NCBI GenBank assembly: GCA_002633005.1
Contig: NMRA01000450.1
Coordinates: 62,001 to 126,000, forward strand
DNA from: Phoronis australis
Lineage: Eukaryota > Animalia > Phoronida
Length of the DNA: 64,000 nt
Direction of reading: 5' to 3'
Below the pieces are notes generated by a model. The model made no database searches, was not told the origin of the DNA, and was given only the letters and a program-made list of their open reading frames with translations. The position numbers and the translations under genes are program-made. This document shows, piece after piece, positions 25,040 to 36,700 of this stretch; within the stretch, counting starts at the first letter, position 1, and each line of letters opens with the position of its first letter.

Positions 25040-27387
25040 TTTAAAAACTTTGATGACCAGGCCTTCAAATCGGATCTTGCTCTTGCTCCCTGGTCTGTCA
25101 TCGAAGCCTATGATGACATGGATGATGCTCTTGATGCGTGGTACAAGTTATTTAACAGTATTTTAGACAAACATGCTCCATGGAAAACTAGACGTGTGAA
25201 GAGATTACGTCAGCCTGAATGGTTCAGTGATGACATTTTTAAAGCTGTAAAGCTCAGGGACAGTTTACGTAAGTGCGGAGGGTTACAAATAAGAGCGAAA
25301 TCGTATTGTAACAATGATTAAAAAGGCTAAGAGTGACTATTACTCTTCACTGATCAGTAGTAATCTCAAAAATTCCAAAGTGTTATGGAAAGTCATCAGA
25401 CAAGTTGCTCCTAAAGAAAAATCCTCATCGCCTTCCATGTTAAAGATTGATGAGGAGTGTGTTCATGATAAATTTCAGATTGCCAATAGTTTTAACAATT
25501 TTTTACTGACATAGCTAGCAAACTTACTCGTGATCTTAAAGATACACACGCCACTCATAAAGATTTTATTGACTTTGTTAGTTCCAGAGTTGAAAGTGAC
25601 ATTGGTTATGATATTCCTCTGGTAAATATGGAATTTGTAAATAAGTTCTTAAATGGTTTTAATCTTAATAAAGCCACTGGAATGGATGATGTCATCTCCA
25701 AAGTTTTAAAACTAGGTCATGAGGAGCTGACACCATTCATCATCTATGTTTTAAACCATAGCATTAAAGCTTCCAAGTTTCCTAGTTTGTGGAAACTTGC
25801 AAAAGTATCCCCTTTACACAAAGGCGGTGCTACTGACAATGTAAACAATTACAAACCAATTTCAATTTTACCGGTCTTGTCTAAATTGTTGGAAAAGTAT
25901 ATTCACAATACCTGTCATTTATTTTTGACTGAGCATGATTGAGTAGTTGCATCTCAGACCGGTTTCAAAAGTGACCTCTCCTGTGAAACTTCCCTCATTA
26001 ATATTGTTAACGGCTGGGCTCAGGGTGTAGATAGTGGTCACAACGTTGGTGTAGTATTTTTGGATTTAAAAAAAAGCTTTTGATCTCGTTGATCACAATA
26101 TACTTCTAAGCAAATTGTTAATTTATAAGGTGGGCAAGGTCTCCCTAGACTGATTTAAATTATATCTCTCCGAGAAGTGCCAGCTTGTATCCCTTGATGG
26201 ACATCTGTCTGAGTTCCGAGGTATCACACACGGTGTTCCCCAGGGATTCATCCTGGGACCTCTGCTGTTTTTACTTTTTATAGTCTACGAAAACACGGTT
26301 GACATGTATGCAGATGATACTACTTTGTCTGTCGTGGCAAACTCGCTGATCTCTGTAAAGGACAGACTGGATAAGGTTGCTACCTGGTGTACTGATAATA
26401 AAATGGTAATTAATGCTGAAAAAACAAAATGTACGAGTATTGCCACTGAGCAACGGCATAGTAGAAGTAATCTTGAGCTTAACATTGCTATTTCCAATGT
26501 ACGCCTCAAATATGTTGACAGTGAAAAGTTATTAGGTGTTACTGTATACAAGACTCTCAGCTGGTCTAGCCATATAAATGGGACTGTGTCCAAAATTAGG
26601 AAGCGCCGTGGTCTTCTCCGGCGTATATCACCATTTCTTCCCACAGAAGAGCATCTGCAATATTTCAGCGCTTGTGTATTCCCTCTGTTCGTTATTGTAG
26701 TACAGTGTGGTCAGGATGCAATGCAAAACTAGTTTCCTCTTTATTGAAGACTCAAAAGCAGGCAGCCAGACTTGTTCTAGGTGTGCCCTTTGACACTCCG
26801 TCAACTCATATGTTTAATAGACTGGGGTGGCTCCCTATTGACAAATATTTTACATATAGGCGTCTGTGTATGATGCATAGGTGCTTTCACGGTAATGTAC
26901 CGACTTATCTATCTCATAATCTCGTACTTATTTGAAATAGCCACCAGATCAGGACAAGATTTTCTGCATCAAACAATTTGGTTTTGCCCAGACACAGAAC
27001 ATCGTTTTAATCTAAGTCCTTCTTTATTCAGACCATCAAACAGTGGAACAATTTGCCTAATAGTCTTAAGGATGCTGATTGTTGTGATAATTTCAGGCAC
27101 CACCTCATCAGTTACCTGTGGTCGTCATAGATGTCCCTCCTTCTTGTCTTTCCAATATATTTATTTATCTTTTATTCAATTTGTTTATCCAATTTGTAAA
27201 TACTATTTTATTTAATGTATCTTATTGTATCTTAATTTAATCTGTTTATCTAACTAAATTTAATTGATTTAATTTCTTGCTGCAGAGGACCATGCTGGAT
27301 ATTAGCCTTTGGCTAAAGCATACTTTGCATTTATTGTGTTTTTATCCTCTTTAAATAAAGTTTATTATTATTGTTATTATTATTATT
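25040..27387 (+). mobile_element. 5'-truncated, decayed CR1/L2-group LINE (reverse transcriptase ORF2)
   Basis: NKATGMD, FPSLWKLAKVSPLHKGG, NYKPISILPVLSKLLEK, FLDLKK.FD, GVPQGFILGPLLF, MYADDTTL, LLGV, LGWLPI; stops and frameshifts; 3' AATAAA plus (TTA)n tail. Confidence 0.92.
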
Positions 27388-27404
27388 TTTGCATTGATTA
27401 ATCG

Positions 27405-27727
27405 AGACGATTGAATGTCACTATTGTACCATCTGCTGTTTTCCAAGCACACTATCTGAATCGCCTTTGGTGGAACAAGACAGACTGTCCTCACGTGCAA
27501 AGCCAACTTGGGCAAACCACAGGCATCTTTGGTGTGGCCTCGTCAGATACCCAAGCATAGCTGATCAAGTTACAACGAGTACCACCAACAACGCTGGTGG
27601 AACAACTAGCGACACTAGCACATTGAAGGTCAACTTAGATACAGCTGATGATAGTGTACAGTTCAAGTGTCGTGTCCAACAGGCAACGCACTTTGCATGC
27701 TGAAACTGGGGCTGTTCATGTATCTGG
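27405..27727 (+). pseudogene. Frameshifted immunoglobulin-domain (C2/CD80-like) exon
   Basis: VLTCKANLGKPQASLVW (frame from 27481) and TSTLKVNLDTADDSVQFKCRVQ (another frame) give the Ig B-strand Cys, C-strand Trp and the D-x-x-x-F-x-C motif. GCAAGT follows at 27728. Confidence 0.65.
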
Positions 27728-28909
27728 CAAGTCCAATCGCGCTGTAAACTGGTCTTCTATCTCTAAAAATATCTTTTGTCTTGGACCACGAACTATCATA
27801 AAACAGGGCTCTAGATATCTTTTACTCGGATGGGAGGTGTTCTCTGAGCTTAAAAGTGATTCTTCATTACTGCTTGAGACAAAACTTTGTGCTTGATATT
27901 ATAAGGCGTCGTGGTTAAACGATCTTGCTAATCCTGGTTGATATATAATAAAGTTCTAGGTCTTTCGGAGCCCAGATAAAACCTCTAGTGTGAGTAAGGA
28001 ACTAACTGAGACTAGTTTTCATGGTGAGTGATTCAAATCAGAACCTAGTTTTTATAGGAGGCAGGGTCCCAGCTCAGTCAACAAGTTCATTCAAAGCGGA
28101 GCAGACGACGTGCGCAGATGGCGGTATCCTATAAGCACGAGTGCTGAGTGTTCTATTGAGATTTCGATTTAATAGTTTGCTGTTCAAGAGTGACTGCCCA
28201 CTTATTAAACAGTAAAAATTGTTTCTTGTCATCAGCAAAACTACTTGCGCAAAAGGTGTTGCTTAACGGTACCTCTCGCAAAACCATTGTGGCCAGTAAT
28301 CTTGGTTCGTAAACTGCAAATAGTAAGTTAACGTGAACAACATTCAGGCGCAGCTGTGACCATTCTAGTAGAATCTACTTACATGAGATCTTGGTTTTAA
28401 CAATCTTGGTTTTGTATGATCTCCTAATCATTTAACTTGAAGACACGAGCGATTGTATTCCAAATATTTAATGTACGAGTTAGCTTTCTACCTGCCCTCT
28501 TCCGTGGCTACTTCAGCATTGGCAACGGAAACACAATGTCGACTTCTAAGGCCTTCCTGGTTTTATACAAATATAACCCTTTAATGGCGGAAATGTATGG
28601 TATGCACTGACAACTTCGAAGTTCTTGATGTGTTGTGTATGACACTCATCAGAAATAAAATCCGCAGAAGTAGACATTGGGCCTGGTGTTTTTACAAGAT
28701 GACCCAATTCAATCCAGTACTTGGGGAATTTGGGACTTGTTTGCAATATTATTCTCTTTATTACGAATTCATAAATTCTTACATGATTTAAAAATGATGT
28801 AGCTAATCATGTTTCAGAATAATAGAACAAGAGTTTGCAAATGGCAACAGGCAATGTGAATACTTTGGAAATATTGAAAAGACTTTCATTTTTATGTCAC
28901 ATTATTTAA

Positions 28910-30216
28910 AGGCAAAGGCAACCTTTTTTCGTGTCACTTTTAGCAAAAATAAGGTTCGTTAATTATCCCAGACGCATTTTTCACTTAATTACAGCTTTTC
29001 GTAATTTGATTAATCTCACATCCTCTACTCCGGAAGTGACGTTTTGGGAGGCAAGAGTTTCGCGCCAATTTATTTTCATTATACTCTGACTATGAGAGCT
29101 GTCGAGTCAGTCATTTTTCAACCTCGGTTGTGATACGTTCGGTCGTCGCTTGCTTTTGTTTACAAGTCAGTCAACATGCCAAGTTGTTGCTGCGTGCCGG
29201 GATGTCCTCATTATCGTCTCACATGCGCTTTGGGTACCTTGCGTCGCTTTCCGAAGGATGACACACTTCGCCGTACTTGTCTAGCTTGTTCATGTGAAGA
29301 ACGCAACGCTACCCGTCCAGGCAACCTACAAAGTAGTGGAGGGTTACCGAGTGTGTGGCAAGCATTTTTCTGCCGTCAGATTACGACAGAGATATGTACG
29401 CTGAATTGATGAAGGTCCCTGCGAAAGAACGCCTGAAGAAGGATACCACACCGTAGCTGTTGATTCCCAGCAGTGCCCCGTCGCCAACCCCGAGAAGTGC
29501 GTTTTTGAAGCGAGAAGCCTCGCGAGCTGTGGCCACTATATACAGTGACTGGAGGCACTTCATCTACTGTCACCCGTGCCTCCGAACGTACCCCCATTGC
29601 GTGCAATTCCGGGAACTAGTAGTGATTCGCCCTGTGCTGTTGTCTCTAGCCCTGAGCCTGTAACCAGCCCTGCAGCGATGTTGAGTAGTGGGAATGAATA
29701 CAGGCCCAGTTCGACACCCAGTGAAGAGGACAGTTCGTCATCCAATGAACCGATCGGTGAGCGTAAGTTTGATTAGTTTATTGTGGACTTGTATTGGAGC
29801 TATTTAGAAGGTGCTAGGTGTGTGGCGAGGGAGTCACACGGCGGGATGTAAGCAGTTTGGGTGCTCAGACCACTCTCCAGTGGGAGTGTGTCGCGGGACA
29901 CTCGGGCAAGTGGGACAGTTCTTCCTCAGTACGCGAGACGAAAATGAGTACACCCCAGTACGCAGCAACAGCGTGGCATGTTGTTGACTGACTCGTAAGC
30001 AAAAGCAAACGACGACCGAACTTGTCACAACCGAGGTAGAACAATGACTGACTCGACAGCTCTCACAGTCAGACTATATGAAAATGTCACTTCCGGAGTA
30101 GACGACGAGTAATTTATTAAATTACAAAAAGTAGTAAAAAAGTGAAAAATATGTCTGGGATAATCAACGAACCTTATGTTTGCTAAACATGACATGAAAA
30201 AAAGTTGCCTTCGCCT
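28910..30216 (+). mobile_element. Second copy of the non-autonomous Kolobok-type THAP element (inverted relative to 14137-15457)
   Basis: TTAA flanks, AGGCAAAGGCAAC / GTTGCCTTCGCCT ends, THAP MPSCCCVPGC...FPKD...(RVCGKHF after frameshift); colinear with the first copy along its length. Confidence 0.85.
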
Positions 30217-30543
30217 TTAACCATTTTGAATTTGTGCTGCCGCTCTGTTTCTACTGCCACAACCGAAACAACAGAGAATGAGAAATTTGCGTTCGTCAGG
30301 GCTATTGCATGTGAGCCTGCTTTTCATTGGCTAGTCTAAACCATAGTAGCCACGGTGAAGTTTAGTAACGTTAGAACTTCGCTAGAAAGCAAGACTTTGC
30401 GAGATTACTTGAGATATTGCAGTGTATTTTAAAAGAGAACACGTGACTTTGGATAGATATTAGCGAGATCCTAGCTTAGGTCCTGGCGTTACTGAACTCC
30501 ACTGACACTGACCAGCCCCAAGATGGCGCTGATCAGTTTAGCC

Positions 30544-30606
30544 AACTCGCTGGTTCCCTGAGTGCCGCTAGGTGGGGCGGCTAAGCACGCAGGGAACCAG
30601 CGAGTT
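30544..30606. repeat. 63-nt hairpin with a 22-bp stem
   Basis: AACTCGCTGGTTCCCTGAGTGC pairs with GCACGCAGGGAACCAGCGAGTT (1 mismatch); 19-nt loop. Confidence 0.85.
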
Positions 30607-32660
30607 TAGCCATTCGAGGCTTGGTGAGAACAATGAACTCTAGCCCTGGAATTTCAACTTCCAACTCGCGATGGCTGAGGTTGCACCGCACATGCGTGGA
30701 ATTTATTTGATTTCCTTTGTTCCGTGTTGGTTGTTCCTATGGAATTTGCTGCCAATAAAAATTTCACAAATCAGCCGTTTTTTTAACCGAATTGCATGAG
30801 TCGTAAGCCCTTCTTGAATGAATAAGAAGCGGTTGCCCCTCACAGAGGACATGGCTATGGATAAGTGTTCTCGTAGTTCGCTGAGGTTGAGTGGGGAAAG
30901 GGAATGCACGAAAACAGTCATTTGTTCTGCTGTTCTTTTCACAGTAAGTGCAAGAAGTGATGCGTGGACTTCAACTATGTGTGCGCACATTCTGTCCTGT
31001 GAATTGTATTGGTCTGTCAAAAGGAGTGGCATCTGGTTTGCCAAGGACACCAGTTCTAAGTGATGTTGGGTATGTTGGAGAGACCATCTTAAAAACACGG
31101 CTACGTCAATTACATATTTATTTTTACACGCAAATGGACGATTATACATGAGCACATATTTAACCATTAATGAGCTTTCTAGAGTATGTAAATGCAAACC
31201 GTTCTTGACATTTAAGTACCATTGGGCCACCGCCGTAACTTGACTGATGTTCCCACCGTCAATGCTACCACATTTGATATTACTTCTAGACACTTTAAAC
31301 TGCTGATGATACTGCTACTCTACTACACAAGCCACACGCTTTAAGGCGTGAGGCTTACTTTCACACATTTTTGGCGTGTTCCATTTTCCTACAAGAAGCT
31401 AGAATATAGTAACATTATCAATCACAGATCTTAGACTGGGAGTTACAACGTACGTAATTCTTAGATAAGGTCTCTGAGAGAGCCCTTATTTGATATTTAC
31501 CATCAAAGTTCCAGCATTTTAGTCACTAATGTGATATAGAGTTACACACATTCCGGTTAACAAGTACTAGCTATGTGATAACATACTTTTTAAACACTGA
31601 CAAAACAAGCATTTATGCAAAACACAGACCACATACACGAACACTGCTTAATGCAAATTAAATACACGTCACGTGAGTTGTAAGACCAATCTTTATGACA
31701 GAACAGCGAATTCAGTTCAGCTACTAAACATTGTTAACATTGAATTAAACACCCTACAGAAATAAAAGACACGTCAATGAGTTTTAAGGCCTAGTGTCGA
31801 AATTTGTGAGAAAATTTTGAATACAACGCGCCTTTTGATTCCATATGTATTAGAACATCTCGGCAGTTTCGTGCAAGTGTGTTGAGTTGTAACGTGATCT
31901 GTCCATCAACGTTTTGGACTGCATACGGAATGCTGAAAAGTACACAGCAAAACAAACGATCCTTTTACCGCTCTAAAGCTGTCAACATTGAATTTTTTAA
32001 AAGAATTGCTTTCATTGAGGCTCGGGAGTATTGCCACCCACACCAAATCTTGAATTGCTACCAAATTAGCTGGCAACTCGGTTCACAGACAATTTGTACA
32101 TGCGCCATTTTCGACTTTGCAGTTTCAGGGTTGGCCAACTTCAGTAAACTCCGAAATATTTTCTAGCGTTGCTTGTGGCTCTGATGCTAAAATTGGCAAC
32201 GGAAATAGAACCCTACTACTGCAAGGAATATTGAGACGCCGACTTTTGAGAGTGAACGACTGAAAATCGAATTTCCGCAAGCAAAATTTGACAAAATCTA
32301 GCTTTAAAAGTGCAGCAAACAGTATTACCAAAGTTTGTGAACGGTTTCATCTCACTTTCCGAAACCAATACATCAATTATCCTTTACAGTTCAACTCCCC
32401 AGCACAAAGCGACAGACATAATTCCATCGTTTTTGTCGTCGTTTAACTTTTGTCCCGTACACTCCTCGCTACACTACTGCTACAACAAATTGTTACTCGT
32501 TTTTTTGGAATGAAGAAGAATATTGTCAACTTCCAAATTGACCCTTGGGCAGGTAGCGAACGTAAAGATTAAGTTGTCTCACTTCACCAAACGTTACATT
32601 AGGATGCAACCTCGTTTGTACATTTTATCGACAAAGCCACCGCCAGCTTCAGACGAAAGT

Positions 32661-33712
32661 TCGACCTCACGCGACAATTCTCCTTCACGAGGCTGCACCG
32701 ATGTACCTGACGGGTTATGTTCAATGGGAATAGCAGACGTCGTTACTGGATACTGTATAGCTGAACTGCTTATTGAGGTATCATCACGCGTGGGAGTAGC
32801 CTGAAAAGCAGCCGTGGACAATGCAGTTGAAGCGAAGTTCTCTTCTTGAAAGCCAAAACTTGTATCAAAACCCTCCATTTTAGTTGGCTCAGAATTCTCT
32901 GGCACTGAAGTTTGTTGTGTTATGGGATCAAACTGCTCTTGATAACATAATTCCTCAGTTGAATGTGAAACTGAAATCTCATCAATCATGTCTTTCGGTG
33001 TCCCCCCAAAGTCGACCTCACGCAGTAATTGTCCTTCATGAAGCTGCGCCGATGTATCTAGCGGGTTATGTTCAATGGGAATAGCATACGTCGCTACTGG
33101 ATCTTGTATAGTTGAACTGCTTATTGTGTTATCACCACGTGATCCAATAGCCTGCAAAGCAGTTGTGGACAACGTAGTTGAAGCGAAGTTCTCTTCTTCA
33201 GAAACAGAACTGGTATTAAAACTTTCCATTTTAGTTGGCTAAGAATTCGCTGACACTGATGTTCGTTGTCGTATGGGAGAGGACTTTTTTTGGATAATAT
33301 AATCCCTTAGCTGAATTTGAAACTGAAATCCCATCATTCATGTCTTTCAGTGTCCCCCCAAAATCGATCTTACGCGACAATTCTTCTTCATGAAGTTGCG
33401 TTGATGTACCTAACGGGTTTCGTTCATGGGGAATAACAGAAGTTGCTGCTGCATTTTGTGTACTTGAACTGATTATTGAGGTATCACCACGTGATCGAGT
33501 ACCCTGCGAAGCAGACTTGGACAATGTAGTTGAAGCGACGTTGGCTTCTTGAAAGGCAGAACTGTTATCAAAACGTTCCATTTTAGTTGGCTGAGAATTC
33601 GCTGACACATATTCGTTGTCGTATGGGAGCAAACTTTTCTCGATAACATAATCCCTCAGTTGAATGTGAAATTGAAATCCCATCAAGCATTTCTTTAAGT
33701 GTCTTCCCAAAG
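32661..33712 (-). repeat. Three tandem ~351-nt coding-derived repeats (Ser/Thr/Glu-rich, ~117 aa each), starting inside the C-terminus of the GTPase fusion gene
   Basis: FGKTLKEMLDGISISHS / FGGTLKDMNDGISVSNS / FGGTPKDMIDEISVSHS and PTKME.F..S....EEN.AST.LS recur with period 351-352 nt. Confidence 0.9.
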
Positions 33713-36700
33713 TGTTTCAGGCGAAGCAGAGCAATTTTGACTTTCCAAATGTCATTTGAAGAAATTTCATGACCCCTGGACATGGCTTCCTTGAAAATCT
33801 GCTTTTCTGCTTCATATTCTCGTTTCAGTGTAAGGAGCCGTTTAACCACATTTTCGTGCACTTCATTTGGGGCCTCTTGTTCATGTCGTATCATTAAGTC
33901 AAGATACTCGCCAGTGGCGTCGTTATATGACTTGATTGCATTCTGTTTCAAGAAAGCTCCGTAATGAGCGCTCGCTTTTATTATGGACCTTTCTTCTTCT
34001 TTCAACTCGCGAACAGTATCATCAATGGTTTCCTTCAAACGTTGCTGCTGCTGCGTTTTCGACTCCAGCCTCAAAATTTGACCTTGTACTTCTGGTGAAA
34101 TAAACTCTTTTTCCACCTGATTTACAGTGTATGTTATGTGCATGTGGATCTTGAAATCATGGCCGCACTGATGGCATTGCGTGCCACTAATGCACCAACA
34201 CTGTTGGAGTCGGTAGTCATTTATAGTTTCAGTCGGAACTCCTTCTAAGTAACAGTGATCGTGACATTCCTGTGGATACACTGTCTCCTGTGTGTTTCCT
34301 TCACCAACAGTGACTCTTTTAATACAATTGGAGTGCGCGCAAACAGTTTTGGGATAAGGCAAATTTGTGCGTTCCAAAGTAATTCCTTTAAACCGAAGAG
34401 CTTTTTTTGTCTCAGCCAAACTCTGTCTCTGAAAATTTATAGTCGCATTTGCGTCAGTAGCTCGCTTAATATTAAGCTGTATGACTTTGGCAATTTCCGC
34501 CATTGGCTTAGTCATTGCTACAATGATCTTACGTGACTCGTTGATGCTAATTGTACTTTTGACTTGGTGTGGATCCATGTTCCGAATTTTAAGAAAAAAA
34601 TTCTTCGTTTGTTCTGCCGAATACTGCCAGCTTTCAGCAAAATCACATATTTGTTTTTTCGTGAAGGGTATGTCACTCTGAAGGCACGCAAGAAATCGCA
34701 GTGCATCATTTTCAAAACAAAAGTAATTCATAGAAGAGCACTCAATGCCAAGCGACATTTGCTTTAAAGTGCTATTTAACACTGGTACTGAGTCGCCAGG
34801 AGAAAACCCGGACGCCCGAGAATTGGTGAAACAAAAAACTACATTGTTTTTTGCAGATTTGTGCAGGTTTTTCAAGAGCTCCTGTAAACAATATCGAAAG
34901 GGCACTGTGACTCGTGAGTTGTTTGATTTCAGCAAAATACAAACCGCGTGTATTTCGTCATAAAACGAAACGTAGGAAAGAATATTTTCCAGGCTTTTTC
35001 TGTCTTCTTCGGGGTTGACACCTACGCCGGGTGTATCTATCAGACGAATCCTCTCTTCACCGGAAAAGAAAACATACGCCATTGTCTCCGTGGTCTCGGG
35101 ATTACCGTCAATTTGGGTGCTCTTGCTTCCAGCCCCAAGTTTGACAGTGACAGACTGACCTCCGACGTGATGCGTAAACTGTGACGGTATCACCGTGTAA
35201 AAGTCCGAGGCATTCATAGCATCTTCTAGGTCATCAAAAGCAAGATAATTAACAATTGCGTTGATCCAAGTTGATTTGCCAACACCAACCTCCCCCAAAA
35301 TTAGGACGTTCTTTTCGGGGTTAGCACGTAATAAATTCAGCTGATCAAAGAGGAAATTGTTAGAATACTTGACATAATCAAAGCCGTGGGATTCCTCGTT
35401 ACATCGAAAAGAGGCATTGGCTGGAGTAGATGACCCACAACTGCAGTGGAACCGTCGTGTTGTTACGCCATACTCCACCACCTCATTGCAAACAGAGCAT
35501 TCCCAAGTGACGGTCTTTCCAGAGCATTGTTTTGGACATTTTAGTTTCACAGCGGCACGTTCTTTAGGCTTTCTATCTCGCTTTACATCATGATGCCTTA
35601 TAAGGCACCTATTCATATTTTTTCCGTCTCTGGTGTACAAATTGTCGCAGGCCATGATTCCGTTTTCGTATAAAACAACCTTGGCTTCTCGTTTTCCCGA
35701 TGTCCACAAATCTGGTGTAATTGCCTCATCAACAACTTTGAAAACCGTATCATTGCGGGTTTTGAACGTACGGTGACAGCGCAAGAAAAAATTCTCTATT
35801 TGTTGTCCTCGTTTTGTATCCTCTCTGGGTTTGTACATAATGTACACGGTAGTTGCGTCATTGGTAGAAAGGCGAGCCTTCTTGCTTGTGTACCTAATGC
35901 CTCTAGCTGTCCACTCCTTAACATGCTGCAAATCTTTTAGATTGACCTGAAACCTTTGAATTTGAGAGTCATACGAAGATACGATAGATGTGAACTCTTT
36001 CACCCATGTTTCGAGAGCTGAACCGTCTTCATTCTGGCGACGTATTTCTGGTACCAGGTCTCTGAGTTTGCATCGAAATGACGATTCGTGCTTTGCGATA
36101 TCTTTTACAGACTGGTCAATGCTTACACTAACGGCTTCTTCAATGTAGTCTCCGAGCATATGCAGATCATTTTGTATGTCGTGAAGTCGTTGCCTTTGCA
36201 TTTTAATTTTCTCAGCCATCTGTACGGTTCTTTTCATTGTGTCTTCTTCAATGGACTTGAAATTAAACTGTACGTCGATCTGTAAGGAGCAAATTTTCAC
36301 CACAGATTGAAGGGGCAATAGCGTAAAGAGCAAAGGGACGCCTTTTCCGCCATTCGTTTGCTGAATACAAACTGGAAACTTTTTGGCATATTCTAAGGCT
36401 TCTTCAAATGTAAGTGTTTTATCTACTGGAAATACGTCCGAAATACACTTAAACGTGAAGCTTGAAGCTTTGTCCGGTCGTGAGTCACTGGAATCGACTG
36501 AGTCACCGGCTTTGAGAAGTTTTCTGAATTTTTCTAACTCTACTCTAAGGTCTTCTTGCACCGCGGTTTTTTCACGATCTTCCGAATTTTCATTTTCACA
36601 AGTTATCGAGCAAACTGCTCCCCATTCAATACCAACAACTACGTGAGTTGCTTCATGGCCAGCACTTTTAATTGCCATGAAAACGTCATTGTTAATATTC

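Noticed and set aside
30703-31293. 196-aa minus-strand ORF
   Set aside because: No recognisable motifs, non-ATG start, no clear splice signals; likely chance or a decayed repeat.
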